A stretch of 64,000 nt of DNA, taken from positions 4,000,001 through 4,064,000 of the forward strand of contig OY771506.1 in NCBI GenBank assembly GCA_963674705.1. The letters run 5' to 3'. Made by a program: the position numbers and the translations under genes. Below, piece by piece: positions 9,236 through 19,637 of this stretch; positions within the stretch are counted from its first letter, which is position 1; every line of letters begins with the position of its first letter. The notes below the pieces were generated by a model, which saw nothing but the letters and a program-made list of their open reading frames with translations, did no database searches and was not told the origin of the DNA. Origin of the DNA: Phycisphaeraceae bacterium. Its GTDB lineage: Bacteria; Planctomycetota; Phycisphaerae; Phycisphaerales; Phycisphaeraceae.

Positions 9236-10496
9236 TCATACAGACATCCTTATCGTCGGCGCGGGCGCAGCCGGGCTCATGGCGGGGATCGCAGCGGGAC
9301 GGGCGATGCGTGGTAACGGGCGTGTGGTCTTGCTGGATGGGGCGGAGCGTATCGGGGCGAAGATACTGGTCTCGGGCGGGGGGCGGTGCAATGTCACGCA
9401 TGATGTGGTGACTGCGGAGGACTACGCGGGATCGAAGCGTAACCAGATCGCGAAGGTGCTGCGGACGTTCAGTGTTGAAAAGACGATCGCGTTTTTCCGG
9501 GAAATCGGTGTTGAACTGAAACGGGAGGATACGGGGAAGTTGTTTCCGGTCAGTGATAGCGCGCGGATGGTGCTGGATGCGCTACTGAAGGCGGTGGATG
9601 AGGCGGGGTGTGAGTTGCTTGCCGGGCATCGTGTGGAGACGGTGCAACCTGAGGGGGATGGGTTTTCTGTAAGCACGGAGCGAGGAGCGTTTCAGGCGAA
9701 GCGCGTGATACTGGCGACGGGCGGGAAGAGCCTGCCGAAGACGGGCAGCGACGGGCAAGGTTATGCGTTTGCCAAGGCGCTGGGGCACAGCGTGACGAAG
9801 ACGACGCCGGCGCTGGTACCGTTGGTTTTGGAAAAGGGGCATTGGCTGACGAAGTTGAGCGGGCTGGCGGCGGATGTGGAGTTGATGGTGGTGTCGGGTA
9901 CGGGGAAGGTTTTGCAGCGTCAGGCGGGGGCGATGCTGCTGACGCATTTTGGTTTGAGCGGGCCGGGCGTGATGGATATCAGCAGGCACTGGATCGCGGC
10001 GAAGGCGACGGATCCGGGCGCTAAGCTGCAAGCGAATCTGCTGCCGGGCCGCAGTTTTGAAGAGGTGGATGCGGAGCTAGTGGAAGCGACGCAGAAGCGG
10101 GGGAAAGCAGGTGTGGGGAGCGTGGTAAGTGAGTTGTTGCCGAAGCGGTTGGCGGAGGCACTGGTGAAGGAAGCGTGTGGGATTGAGCCGGGTCCGGGGG
10201 GGCCGGGGGTGCAGGTCTCGCAACTGGGGAAGGTGCAGCGGCGGGAATTGGCACATGCGTTGACGGGATTGGTACTGCCGGTCGTGCGGGATCGGGGGTA
10301 TCTGTTTGCGGAAGTGACAGCGGGTGGCGTGCCGCTGGATGAAGTGGACCTGGCGACGATGCAATCACGCAAGTGCGCGGGGCTCTATCTGTGCGGCGAG
10401 GTGCTGGATGTGGACGGGCGGATCGGCGGGTACAACTTCCAGTGGGCGTGGAGCAGCGGGCGATTGGCGGGGATGTCGGCGGGATTTCAGAATTGA
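9222..10496 (+). CDS. HI0933/YhiN/BaiN family FAD-dependent oxidoreductase
   Basis: GAGAAGL, KILVSGGGRCNVT, LATGGKSLPKTGSDG, AEVTAGGV, GGYNFQWAWSSG. Confidence 0.93.
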   Translation: MANGSHTDILIVGAGAAGLMAGIAAGRAMRGNGRVVLLDGAERIGAKILVSGGGRCNVTHDVVTAEDYAGSKRNQIAKVLRTFSVEKTIAFFREIGVELKREDTGKLFPVSDSARMVLDALLKAVDEAGCELLAGHRVETVQPEGDGFSVSTERGAFQAKRVILATGGKSLPKTGSDGQGYAFAKALGHSVTKTTPALVPLVLEKGHWLTKLSGLAADVELMVVSGTGKVLQRQAGAMLLTHFGLSGPGVMDISRHWIAAKATDPGAKLQANLLPGRSFEEVDAELVEATQKRGKAGVGSVVSELLPKRLAEALVKEACGIEPGPGGPGVQVSQLGKVQRRELAHALTGLVLPVVRDRGYLFAEVTAGGVPLDEVDLATMQSRKCAGLYLCGEVLDVDGRIGGYNFQWAWSSGRLAGMSAGFQN

Positions 10497-10572
10497 ACCA
10501 CAGAGACACAGACGGCACAGAGAGAACCAAGATTAGAATTGCATTCTCTGTGTCCTCTGTGTCTCTGTGGTT
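10496..10572. repeat. Inverted element with 3 x 9-nt arms (CACAGAGRC)
   Basis: 28-bp arms at 10496-10523 and 10545-10572, 2 mismatches. Confidence 0.92.
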
Positions 10573-10640
10573 AACATCCTTTCTCTTATGAAGCGGGATC
10601 GTGTAGGATGTGTGAGTAGGGGCGTGAGGGACGGTCATTT

Positions 10641-11303
10641 ATGAACACTTTCTACCGACAACTGCCGAATCAATTGACGCTGCTGCGGTTGGTGTTGGCG
10701 GCGGTGTTTTTTATCTTGTTGAACTGCTACCGGTACGATGCGCCGAATCCGAGCCCGATGTGGCTGCTGCCGATGGCGATCGTGGTGTTTATCCTCGCGG
10801 CGATCACGGACACGCTGGACGGGTACCTGGCCCGGAAGTGGGACGTCGAATCGAAGTTCGGCAGGATCATGGACCCGTTCTGTGACAAGGTGTTGATCAT
10901 CGGTGCGTTTGTTTACCTGGCCGGGCCGAGGTTCGTGATCCCCGGTGCGGTGGAAGTCGGACAGATCGACTTTTTCAGCATGGTGACGGGCGTGTATCCG
11001 TGGATGGTGGCGGTGATCCTGGCGCGGGAGCTACTGGTGACCGCGATCCGTGGCGAACTTGAGGGTGAGGGCGTGAAGTTCGGCGCGAACATCTGGGGCA
11101 AACTGAAGATGATCCTGCAATCGATCGTGATCCCGATCGTTCTGGCGATCGTGGTGATCGATCCGCGGCGGGACGGCTGGCATTGGTTGGGTTGGGTGCG
11201 GGATGTGCTGGTGTATGTGACGGTGCTGGTGACGGTGCTGAGCGGTTTGCCTTATATCACCGGGGCGGTGAAGGCGACGCGGGAGCAGAAGCAGGCGGGA
11301 TGA
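10641..11303 (+). CDS. pgsA: CDP-diacylglycerol--glycerol-3-phosphate 3-phosphatidyltransferase
   Basis: LPNQLTLLR, TDTLDGYLARK..FGRIMDPFCDK, GKLKM. Confidence 0.9.
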   Translation: MNTFYRQLPNQLTLLRLVLAAVFFILLNCYRYDAPNPSPMWLLPMAIVVFILAAITDTLDGYLARKWDVESKFGRIMDPFCDKVLIIGAFVYLAGPRFVIPGAVEVGQIDFFSMVTGVYPWMVAVILARELLVTAIRGELEGEGVKFGANIWGKLKMILQSIVIPIVLAIVVIDPRRDGWHWLGWVRDVLVYVTVLVTVLSGLPYITGAVKATREQKQAG

Positions 11304-11338
11304 GGTTGGGTTGATTGGTTGATAGATTGGTAAATGAA

Positions 11339-11367
11339 GAGGCCGACGTTCTTAGAACGTGGGCTTC
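11339..11367. repeat. AAGCCC-led REP-like hairpin or bidirectional terminator between convergent pgsA and cysS
   Basis: gaggccgacgttct-t-agaacgtgggcttc. Confidence 0.65.
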
Positions 11368-11398
11368 GGGTGTTTATGGGGGATGATTTGTTGGAAGA

Positions 11399-12859
11399 TT
11401 ATGCGAGGCGCTTGGAGGCGACGGTGCCGTCCTTGGTGGTTTTGACATCGTAGCCATTGTCGATGAGTTGCTGACGGATGGCGTCCGCGCCAGCGTAGTC
11501 TTTGCTCGCGCGGGCGGCGTCGAGTTGTTGGCAGAGTGCATCGGCATCGAGGGTGTCGGCGTTTGCTGATGGGTCTATATCCAACACGCCCAGCACTTGA
11601 TCGATGCGTTTGAGGAAGCCGGGCAGTTCATCGTCTTCCTTTTTCATGCGTTCAAAGACCATACCCAGCGCGCCGGCGATGTTCAGGTCGTCGGCAAGGA
11701 ATTCGATAAACGCCTGGATATCCGGGTGGTCGGTCGGCAGTGGTTCGCCATCAACAGCAGCGGCTTCACGCATCCGGCGAACGGCGCTGGCAGAATCGGT
11801 CAGGCCCTTCGCGGTGAAGTTCATGTTGGAGCGGTAGTGGGCCTTGATCATTTCGTAGCGCAGGACGGCCGGGTCGACCTCGCGGCCGGTGGCTTTGCCT
11901 TCCAGCACATCGCGGACGGTGAAGAAGTTGCCCTTGGATTTGGACATCTTCTCACCCTCAACCATGAGGAATCTTGCGTGCATCCAAAAGCGGGCGAAGT
12001 GGTCTTTGCCGGTCGCGCCGCAGGACTGGGCGATTTCGCATTCATGGTGGGGGAAGATGTTGTCTTCGCCGCCGGTGTGGATGTCGATGACCTCGCGGCC
12101 GAGCATCGCGCGTGCCATGGCGGAGCATTCGATGTGCCAGCCGGGGTAACCGACGCCCCAGGGTGAATCCCACTTCATCAGGTGCGACGCATCCGGCTTC
12201 CAGAGCAGGAAGTCGGCCGGGTGGCGTTTGCCTGCCTGGTGTTCATCCTGGATGCGGCCGCCCGCGCCGCCGCGCAGATGTTCGAGCGTGTTGCCCGAGA
12301 GCTTGCCGTACTCCGGGAAGCTCTGGACACTGAAGTAGACCGCGCCGTCGTTGGCGATGTAGGCGTGATCCTTTTCGATGAGCGTTTTGATCATCGGGAT
12401 CATGCTCTTTTCAACGTGCTCAGTTGCACGCGGCGTTTTAGCGGGAAATTCCAGCGCGACCTTCAGGCCGAGCTTTTTGCCATCCTCGATGAATGCTTTG
12501 GTGAAGAACTCCGCGACAGCGAAGGGGTCGTCCGGATTGTCGACCAGGGCGACGCCTTGCTTCTTGGATTCCTTGAGCCGTTTGGCGGCGGCCTCCATCT
12601 TGTCCTCACCCCCGCCGTCGGCAAGCTGGTCTTCGGTCATGTGCCCGACATCAGTGATATTCATCACTTGCTGGACATCGAAGCCGGCCAGTTCGAGGAA
12701 CCGTCGGAGCAGGTCGGCGAAGAGGAACGCGCGGAAGTTACCGATGTGGGCGTAGTCGTAGACGGTCGGCCCGCAGTTGTACATATACACCTTGCCGGGC
12801 TCGATCGGCTCGAAGGTTTGCGTCTGGTGGGTCAGCGTGTTGTAAAAGCGGATATCCAT
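11399..12859 (-). CDS. cysS: Cysteine--tRNA ligase
   Basis: [43 protein letters not shown]; start placed at MDIRFYNTL. Confidence 0.97.
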   Translation of the reverse strand: MDIRFYNTLTHQTQTFEPIEPGKVYMYNCGPTVYDYAHIGNFRAFLFADLLRRFLELAGFDVQQVMNITDVGHMTEDQLADGGGEDKMEAAAKRLKESKKQGVALVDNPDDPFAVAEFFTKAFIEDGKKLGLKVALEFPAKTPRATEHVEKSMIPMIKTLIEKDHAYIANDGAVYFSVQSFPEYGKLSGNTLEHLRGGAGGRIQDEHQAGKRHPADFLLWKPDASHLMKWDSPWGVGYPGWHIECSAMARAMLGREVIDIHTGGEDNIFPHHECEIAQSCGATGKDHFARFWMHARFLMVEGEKMSKSKGNFFTVRDVLEGKATGREVDPAVLRYEMIKAHYRSNMNFTAKGLTDSASAVRRMREAAAVDGEPLPTDHPDIQAFIEFLADDLNIAGALGMVFERMKKEDDELPGFLKRIDQVLGVLDIDPSANADTLDADALCQQLDAARASKDYAGADAIRQQLIDNGYDVKTTKDGTVASKRLA

Positions 12860-13091
12860 GAGCGGGAAAGTGTAGCCAGCGAACGGGCTTATCGCGAGTC
12901 CGATTGATGTTGAATGCTGTGATCCTGAGCGAAACTGGCGCCTCCGGCGAATCATTTCTCAAAAAGAAACCTCTGGCCAGTAGCTTGCCGGTGATCTGAT
13001 AAAGATCGTATTTAGCCTAAATACTAAGTTCGTGCCTCGTTCACAACTGGACCAGAGTGGGGTGATATTCTTGGCCTTTTTCAGCGGCTAT

Positions 13092-14369
13092 TTATTCAGC
13101 GGCGGTTTTTTCGGACGGCTGGGTCTTGACCTCGACACGCACGACGCGGGTGCGTTCGGCCTCGGTGACCTTGAAACAGATCCCCTCGTACTCGAACGTT
13201 TCCCCGGCCTTGGGGATGTGCCCCAGCGTGGCGAAGACGAAGCCGCCGACGGTGTCGTAGTCTTCATCTTCAGGTAGTTCGACGTCCAGTTCGTCGTTGA
13301 GGTCGTCGATCTCAACCCGGGCATCGACGTGCAGCGTCTCGGAATCGATGCGCTCGATCTGCGGGAAATCGTCTGTCACTTCGTATTCGTCCTGAATCTC
13401 GCCGACCAGTTCTTCGAGGATGTCTTCGATAGTGACCAGCCCCGCCGTTCCGCCGTACTCATCGAGCACCAGGGCGATGTGGATCTTCTTGGCTTTGAAT
13501 TCCGCGAGTAGTTCGCCGACGTTCTTACTCTCGGGGACCATCATCGCCTCACGCAGGACGCTGCGGAGGTCGAAGTCCTCACCGTCGCCGACGAATTTGA
13601 TCATGTCCTTGGCGTAGAGGATGCCGACGATGTTGTCGATCGTTTCTTCGTAGACGGGGATTCGGCTGTGCCCGTGCTGGAGGATCGTATCCTTGATCTG
13701 TTCGAGCGATGCGTTGACTTCGAGGCCTTTGACATCCGTGCGCGGTGTCATGACCTGCTCAGCCTCGGTATCGGAGAGGTCGAAGACCGCCTCGATCATT
13801 TCCTTCTGGGCTTCGTCGACTTCTGCGCCGTCCTCGTGCTGTTCCACCATGGACAGGACTTCATCGGACAAATCATCATCGTCCTCGTTCAGGTCGATGC
13901 CGGAGATTCGGCGGATGATCGGATCGAACAGGTGCAAGGACCAGACGATCGGTCGGAACACGAAGAGCATCACGTTCAGCAGCGGCATGGAAAGCGCGAC
14001 CAGACTTTCGCGCTGATATCGCGCCCAACTGACCGGGATCGCAACCGCGAAGATGCTGAGCAGGACACCTGCGATCAGGAACGTGACCAGGTAGATCATC
14101 AGCAGGGGCCACTGGCCGTCGAGTTTTTCTTCAATGCGATAGAGGATCGCGAATGTGACGACCAGGTTCAGCACCGCCCGGAGCGTGCCTGTCATCAACA
14201 GCAACATGGGCTGACGCTGGATAAACCTGTCCAACTGTATGGGGTCATAACCCGCCCCCAACCGGTCAGCCAGCCGTTTGCGTGACAGGGTTTTCAGAAC
14301 GATATTGCAGGTCGAGAAGTAACAGACCAGCAGACTTCCGATGATGGCGATCACGATCGCGTAACTCAC
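13092..14369 (-). CDS. HlyC/CorC family (CNNM-CBS-CorC) transporter
   Basis: N-terminal TM helices, VMTPRTD, GHSRIPVY, LDEYGGTAGLVTIEDILEELVGEI, YDTVGGF. Confidence 0.92.
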   Translation of the reverse strand: MSYAIVIAIIGSLLVCYFSTCNIVLKTLSRKRLADRLGAGYDPIQLDRFIQRQPMLLLMTGTLRAVLNLVVTFAILYRIEEKLDGQWPLLMIYLVTFLIAGVLLSIFAVAIPVSWARYQRESLVALSMPLLNVMLFVFRPIVWSLHLFDPIIRRISGIDLNEDDDDLSDEVLSMVEQHEDGAEVDEAQKEMIEAVFDLSDTEAEQVMTPRTDVKGLEVNASLEQIKDTILQHGHSRIPVYEETIDNIVGILYAKDMIKFVGDGEDFDLRSVLREAMMVPESKNVGELLAEFKAKKIHIALVLDEYGGTAGLVTIEDILEELVGEIQDEYEVTDDFPQIERIDSETLHVDARVEIDDLNDELDVELPEDEDYDTVGGFVFATLGHIPKAGETFEYEGICFKVTEAERTRVVRVEVKTQPSEKTAAE

Positions 14370-14464
14370 TGACTTAGGCCCGTCCCCTGGTCTGATCCAT
14401 CGATCGGATCACTCATCCAAGCCTCGCCGCATCAGGGGGAACACAGCGGGGCTTACGGTTAATA

Positions 14465-15049
14465 TTACGGCTCACCAAACACGGGGCCGAACCCCGCCCT
14501 GGTCAGTAATTCATTTTCACGTTGGTGCATCTTCCGGTAATCGTCCAGCTCGTGGTCGTCCTCACCGAGCAGGTGCAGCAGGCCGTGCACCGCATAGAGC
14601 AGAAGCTCCAACCGGGTGTCATGCCCGCGCTCGGCAGCCTGGCGTGCTGCGACATCCATGCACAGGACGATATCTCCCTCGACTGACTGGCCAACCGCAG
14701 GGGGCTTCTGGTCGTCCCGCAGGTCGAATGTCAGCACGTCCGTTGTGCCGGGGATGTTGCAGTACTGTTGGTGCAACTCGGCCATCTGCTCATCGTCCAC
14801 AACAGCCAGATTGATACAGCCCCCGGCGACACCTGCCAAGGCGGCGACGCGCGTAAACTCATGGGTTAACCAGTTTTCGGCTGGAGGATCGCAATCGTCG
14901 GTCTGCAGGTCCAGGGTCACGATCAAGCCGTGACCCCTGGCCGGGTCCGGGTCATCGGGCTCTCGTCCCGGCGACACAGCCACCTCTCCTGCATGCTCAT
15001 CAGCAGAAGGGGCTGCCTCGGATTGTGAAGATGTCAGGGATCGGATCAC
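14465..15049 (-). CDS. ybeY: rRNA maturation endoribonuclease YbeY (start uncertain)
   Basis: TDVLTF, GDIVL, HGLLHLLGEDDH. Confidence 0.9.
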   Translation of the reverse strand: MIRSLTSSQSEAAPSADEHAGEVAVSPGREPDDPDPARGHGLIVTLDLQTDDCDPPAENWLTHEFTRVAALAGVAGGCINLAVVDDEQMAELHQQYCNIPGTTDVLTFDLRDDQKPPAVGQSVEGDIVLCMDVAARQAAERGHDTRLELLLYAVHGLLHLLGEDDHELDDYRKMHQRENELLTRAGFGPVFGEP

Positions 15050-15355
15050 GGTGGTTTGTTTCTCAGGCCGCCCGGTCTGACAAGACCCGGCAAGTCATTC
15101 AAGCCGCCTCATATCATAGCCCAATCGGGCTTTGGGGCCAATAATCCACATTTTCGGGGGGCCGGGATTTTACATCGGCAGGATCAGTGTGGAGTACCGA
15201 ATTTCTAGTCGCAATTGGGAAAAAAAGAGACACGATATAGGCACAGAAGACATAGCTGACGCTATACTGCGGGGCTCCGCTGGTGTTGGGGAGTGGGGGG
15301 ATGGGGGATTCTCTTTTGAAGATCGATTAACAAGGCTTTGCCGGAATTGGAGTAG

Positions 15356-16426
15356 ATGATGGCGGACTGGTTTGAGCAGTTGGATCTGGCGGCGAAGGCG
15401 CAGCAGCGGCCGACGCATCGGGTCGTGGCGGGTGACGGGATGCTGCTTCTGACCGAGGTGGGGGCCCGGATCATGGCGTGCGAGCTGCCGGGTGTTGAGG
15501 GGAACCTGTTTTTCAACCACCCGACGATGCTCGAACCGGACAAGACGGATAAGCCGTTCGGCGGGGATCGGCTTTGGATCGCACCGGAGGTGGGTTGGTA
15601 CTGGCCGAGCCTGGAACTGGCGAGGGAGGACCCGGGCAAGAACGCGGCGACGCCGCCACAGATCGATCCGGGCAATTACACGACGGATAGTGCGTCGCCT
15701 GCGCATGTGCAGCTATCCAACCGGTTCCGAGTCAATGATGTGCGGGATGGTAAGGCGATCGAACTGGCGGTGTCACGGCAGGTGCGTGCGGTCAGTGCGC
15801 CGAGCGGATTGCCGGGCGATCTGATGTGTGCCAGTTTCGCGATAACGAATATTCTTGTCCTGCGTGACGGCGATGAGGGTGCGGTGGCGTGCGTGTGGGA
15901 TATTTTACAGGTCCCGCCGACGGGGACACTGATCTGCCCGACGACGGCGCCTGCGAAGCAAGTTGAAGAGCCGACGAGTTATTACGATCCGTTCGGTGAG
16001 AAGCATGTCGAGTGCGATGATCGCGCGGTTCGTTTCCTGATCGACAGCGACCGCATGATCAAGATGGGCTTGAAGGCGGAGCATACCACGGGGCGGATGG
16101 GGTATTACCGCAAGCTGGATAATGGGATGTCGACGTTGATCGTGCGTGTGTTCGGTCCTCAGCCGGGCGAGCCTTATCCGGATATTCCCCGAAGTGCAGA
16201 TATCGATCAGCGGTTGGGCGGCGATGCATTGCAGGCGTACAACCACGGCGAATGCGGGCCCGGCGGCTTCGGTGAGATGGAATATCACGACCCGGCGGTG
16301 ATCGTCGGCAACGGCCCGACCTCGCGAACCGGCAGCAGTGTGACGCACGTGCTGGCTGGGCCTGACCGCTCGATCCGCATGTTCGGCCAGCGTTTGCTTG
16401 GCGTGCCGATCCAGTCGATCGATTGA
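15356..16426 (+). CDS. Conserved hypothetical protein (DUF6786-like)
   Basis: Long ORF with RBS; motifs GARIM, FGGDRLWIAPE, QAYN, FGEMEYHDP. Confidence 0.65.
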   Translation: MMADWFEQLDLAAKAQQRPTHRVVAGDGMLLLTEVGARIMACELPGVEGNLFFNHPTMLEPDKTDKPFGGDRLWIAPEVGWYWPSLELAREDPGKNAATPPQIDPGNYTTDSASPAHVQLSNRFRVNDVRDGKAIELAVSRQVRAVSAPSGLPGDLMCASFAITNILVLRDGDEGAVACVWDILQVPPTGTLICPTTAPAKQVEEPTSYYDPFGEKHVECDDRAVRFLIDSDRMIKMGLKAEHTTGRMGYYRKLDNGMSTLIVRVFGPQPGEPYPDIPRSADIDQRLGGDALQAYNHGECGPGGFGEMEYHDPAVIVGNGPTSRTGSSVTHVLAGPDRSIRMFGQRLLGVPIQSID

Positions 16427-16522
16427 GTGATGACAAACTGTTATAGAATCAATTGAGACGTGCGGTGGCAGTGCCATTAACAGTGTCGCGATGATTGCGT
16501 AGTAGGACTAAGATACGCAACT

Positions 16523-17761
16523 ATGACACGCATTAACGACAACTTTCTGAAGCTTAAGGCCGGTTATCTGTTTCCTGAGATCGGGCGGCGCGTTCGCGCG
16601 TATGTTCATGACAATCCCGATGCGAAGGTGATCAAACTGGGCATCGGCGACGTGACCGAGCCGCTGCCAGAAGCTTGTCGAACAGCCATGATCAAGGCTG
16701 TGAACGAGATGGGTAAGCGTGAGACGTTCCGCGGGTATATGGACACCAGCCAGGGGTATGACTGGTTGCTGGAAGCGATCGCGGCGGAAGACTACAAAGG
16801 GCGCGGCTGCGAGATCGCACCCGATGAGATCTTTGTTTCCGACGGCTCAAAGAGTGACTGTGCGAACATCCTCGACATCTTCGGCCGCGACAACACGATC
16901 GCGGTGACGGACCCGGTGTATCCGGTGTATGTCGATACCAACGTGATGGCGGGCAACACGGGTGCGGCCGACGCAAAAGGCGAATACGACGGCTTGATTT
17001 ACATGCGAGCCGACGAATCGAACGGATTCGTTCCGGATGTGCCGCAGCAAAAGGTCGACCTGATCTATCTGTGTTATCCGAACAACCCGACCGGCTCGGT
17101 TGCTGAAAAGGAAATGCTCAAAAGGTGGGTGGATTACGCGAACGAAAACGGGAGCATTATCCTGTTCGACGCGGCCTACGAAGCGTTTATCAAGAACCCG
17201 ATGCTGCCGCACTCGATCTTTGAGGTGCCGGGCGCGCGGACATGTGCGATCGAGTTCCGCAGCTTCTCGAAGAACGCGGGCTTCACGGGCACGCGCTGTG
17301 CGTTCACGGTGATCCCGAAGGAACTGGTCGGCAAGACCGCTGACGGGAAGGATCAGCCGATCCATCCGCTATGGGCGCGTCGACAGAACACGAAGTTCAA
17401 CGGCGTCTCCTACATCGTGCAGCGCGGCGCGGAGGCGGTGTATTCCGAAGCAGGCAAAGAGCAGGTGGCTGCGCTGATCGGTTTCTACATGGAAAACGCA
17501 CGCATCATCCGCGAAGCGCTCGAAGCGGCGGGTATGAAAGTCTTCGGCGGTGAGAACGCGCCGTATGTCTGGATCAAGACCCCGGCCGGGAAGACAAGCT
17601 GGGAGTTCTTCGACATGTTGCTGAACGAAACACACATCGTCGGCACCCCCGGAAGCGGTTTCGGCACGGCAGGTGAAGGATATTTACGCTTGAGCGCGTT
17701 TAACAGTCGCGAGAATGTAGAGCAGGCGATGCAGCGCATCGGCGCGGCGCTGGCGGTGTGA
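16523..17761 (+). CDS. dapL: LL-diaminopimelate aminotransferase
   Basis: [50 protein letters not shown]. Confidence 0.96.
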   Translation: MTRINDNFLKLKAGYLFPEIGRRVRAYVHDNPDAKVIKLGIGDVTEPLPEACRTAMIKAVNEMGKRETFRGYMDTSQGYDWLLEAIAAEDYKGRGCEIAPDEIFVSDGSKSDCANILDIFGRDNTIAVTDPVYPVYVDTNVMAGNTGAADAKGEYDGLIYMRADESNGFVPDVPQQKVDLIYLCYPNNPTGSVAEKEMLKRWVDYANENGSIILFDAAYEAFIKNPMLPHSIFEVPGARTCAIEFRSFSKNAGFTGTRCAFTVIPKELVGKTADGKDQPIHPLWARRQNTKFNGVSYIVQRGAEAVYSEAGKEQVAALIGFYMENARIIREALEAAGMKVFGGENAPYVWIKTPAGKTSWEFFDMLLNETHIVGTPGSGFGTAGEGYLRLSAFNSRENVEQAMQRIGAALAV

Positions 17762-17776
17762 GAAGTAGAAACTTAA

Positions 17777-17896
17777 CTCCTTCTCCCCTCGGGAGAGGGC
17801 CGGGGTGAGGGCCAGAGTTATTTGTTGATCGGTTTATTCATTGATCACAAAATCCACCCGGCCCTCATCCTAACCTTCTCCCGCGGGGAGAAGGGA
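17777..17896. repeat. Inverted pair of the CCCTCACCC..CTCTCCC..GGGAGA REP-like element
   Basis: Minus copy 17777-17813 and plus copy 17859-17896 with a ~45-bp AT-rich spacer. Confidence 0.9.
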
Positions 17897-17950
17897 CCGG
17901 AACTGAGCGATTAGTGTTAATGTAGTTTTTTGAATCTTTAGTACCCAACC

Positions 17951-18424
17951 ATGAGTGAAGAACTATTACGGAAGGCGGCCGAACTCCTGGGCGAATGCCG
18001 GACGGCCAGCCTGGCGACGACCGACCCCGAAGGCAACCCGCACGCGGCGAATATCCAGTACGTCCACGACGACAAGCTGCGGCTCTATTACATCTCCGGC
18101 AAAGACTCGGCACACAGCCAACACCTGTCGGCCAACCCGAACGTCGCGGTGACGATCTACCACCACGACGATGCCGAATCCAAAACCATCCGCGGTTTGC
18201 AGATCCATGCGATTGCGGAACTTGTCAAGGATCGTGCGGAAAATCGCGAAGTCGAAAAGCTCTACAAAGAGCGCTACCCGTACGTCAAAAAAAGCCCGGT
18301 GCTCTTAGCCGCAATCAAGCTACAGGGGTTTTACCGCCTGACGCCGACGTGGCTGCGGATGGTGGATAACCGCAAGAAGTTCGGGTGGAAGGAAGAAGTC
18401 AATTTAGCCGCAAATGAACGCTAA
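17951..18424 (+). CDS. Pyridoxamine 5'-phosphate oxidase family (FMN split-barrel) protein
   Basis: SLATTDPEGNPHA, SAHSQHLSANPNVAVTI, IRGLQI, RMVDNRKKFG. Confidence 0.85.
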   Translation: MSEELLRKAAELLGECRTASLATTDPEGNPHAANIQYVHDDKLRLYYISGKDSAHSQHLSANPNVAVTIYHHDDAESKTIRGLQIHAIAELVKDRAENREVEKLYKERYPYVKKSPVLLAAIKLQGFYRLTPTWLRMVDNRKKFGWKEEVNLAANER

Positions 18425-18566
18425 TTAACGCGAATAAGGCGATCAGGAATTAGCCACAGATAAACACGGATGAACACAGATTGAGAATGCCTTGCTGCAT
18501 TCTTCTTCTTATCCGTGTTAATCCGTGGCTAATAATTCGCGTCTATTAGCGTTCATTCGCGGCTAA
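18404..18566. repeat. Nested inverted elements with 10-nt-unit arms
   Basis: Outer arms 18404-18435 / 18535-18566 (3 mismatches in 32); inner arms 18449-18481 / 18511-18533. Confidence 0.92.
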
Positions 18567-19174
18567 CCAATCAACTTCTTCGCGACAGCTTCCACGATCG
18601 TATCAGGTTCACTCATGCGGCCGGCACCTTCGGTGCGACAGGCTTGCCAGCCGGAGTCGGGGCCGATGAGTTGGATGCGGTCGAAGGCAACGAGCGTGGC
18701 GACGTTTTTCTCGACGAGTGGGTTTTCCCACATGTCGGCGTTCATCGCGGGGGCGAGCAGAAGCGGCGTGGTTTGCGGCAGGGCGCAGGCGGTCAGGCTG
18801 ACGATGTCGTCGGTCAGGCCATGCGCGAGCTTGGCGATGATGTTAGCGGTGGCGGGGGCGATGAGCATGAGGTCTGCCCAGCGTGCAACGCCGACGTGCT
18901 GGCTGTCGGGGTGGTCATCCGCTTGCCAGATGCTCGTGAGGACGGGCTTGCTGGAGAGCGCCTGGAAGGTGGCGGGGCCGACGAAGTGGGTGGCGGCCTC
19001 GGTCATGAGCACACGAATATCCGCGCCCTGCTGGACGAGTCTGCTGACGACGGTGGCGACCTTGTAGCAGGCGATCCCGCCGGTTAGTGCGACGACGATG
19101 CGTTTACCGGATAACGGCCCGGGCACGGGGGAGCCGGGCGAGGAATCGGTGGATGGGTCGTTGGGTGGGGCCAT
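18563..19174 (-). CDS. coaC: Phosphopantothenoylcysteine decarboxylase (stand-alone CoaC flavoprotein)
   Basis: ALTGGIACYK, IAPATANIIAKLAHG, APAMNADMW, QACRTEGAGRM; no CoaB domain. Confidence 0.88.
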   Translation of the reverse strand: MAPPNDPSTDSSPGSPVPGPLSGKRIVVALTGGIACYKVATVVSRLVQQGADIRVLMTEAATHFVGPATFQALSSKPVLTSIWQADDHPDSQHVGVARWADLMLIAPATANIIAKLAHGLTDDIVSLTACALPQTTPLLLAPAMNADMWENPLVEKNVATLVAFDRIQLIGPDSGWQACRTEGAGRMSEPDTIVEAVAKKLIG

Positions 19175-19232
19175 GCGAGACGGCTCCGGGGGAAGTTGAG
19201 CCGCGGCAGCTTCGCAGCCTACGGCTTTGGGA

Positions 19233-19451
19233 TTAATGTTCTTCGGCTTCGTGAGGCACTTCGAGTTCGTAGTTGATTTTGCCTTCGACGGCTTCCTGGA
19301 CGGCGACTTCAAAGTCGGTGCGTCCGCCGCGCTCGACCAGCGGGCGGGCGCCTTCCATCAGCTCGCGGACGCGGTGCTGGATCAGGGCGGTGAACTTGAA
19401 CCGGCCGCCGAGTTCGTGCACGATCTTGTCGTCTTTGAGGGCTTCGATCAT
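19233..19451 (-). CDS. rpoZ: DNA-directed RNA polymerase subunit omega
   Basis: GGRFKFTALIQHRVRELMEGARPLV; adjacent to coaC. Confidence 0.88.
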   Translation of the reverse strand: MIEALKDDKIVHELGGRFKFTALIQHRVRELMEGARPLVERGGRTDFEVAVQEAVEGKINYELEVPHEAEEH

Positions 19452-19637
19452 CGGGTGGTAGCTCCGTTTGGGAGAGTTTGGGAGGCTTTGTCAGGTCGCT
19501 CGTTGCGTATACGTTCAGTCCCGGAGGCTGTTTACCGAGCCCTTGAGTATATCCCGGGCATTTCGCGGAGACAAGTCGGAGGTTGCGGTGGGGCGGTTCG
19601 GCTTGCCGGGGGGCATGGGGCTGGTACCATTCGGCCC

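Noticed and set aside
15050..15355. oriC (one TAATCCACA near-match)
   Set aside because: A single imperfect DnaA box, with no cluster and no dnaA nearby.
19227..19637. N-terminal extension of the pheT ORF
   Set aside because: Overlaps rpoZ on the opposite strand; PheT homology begins at 19638. The extensions of fliM, ychF and cysS were trimmed on the same homology grounds.
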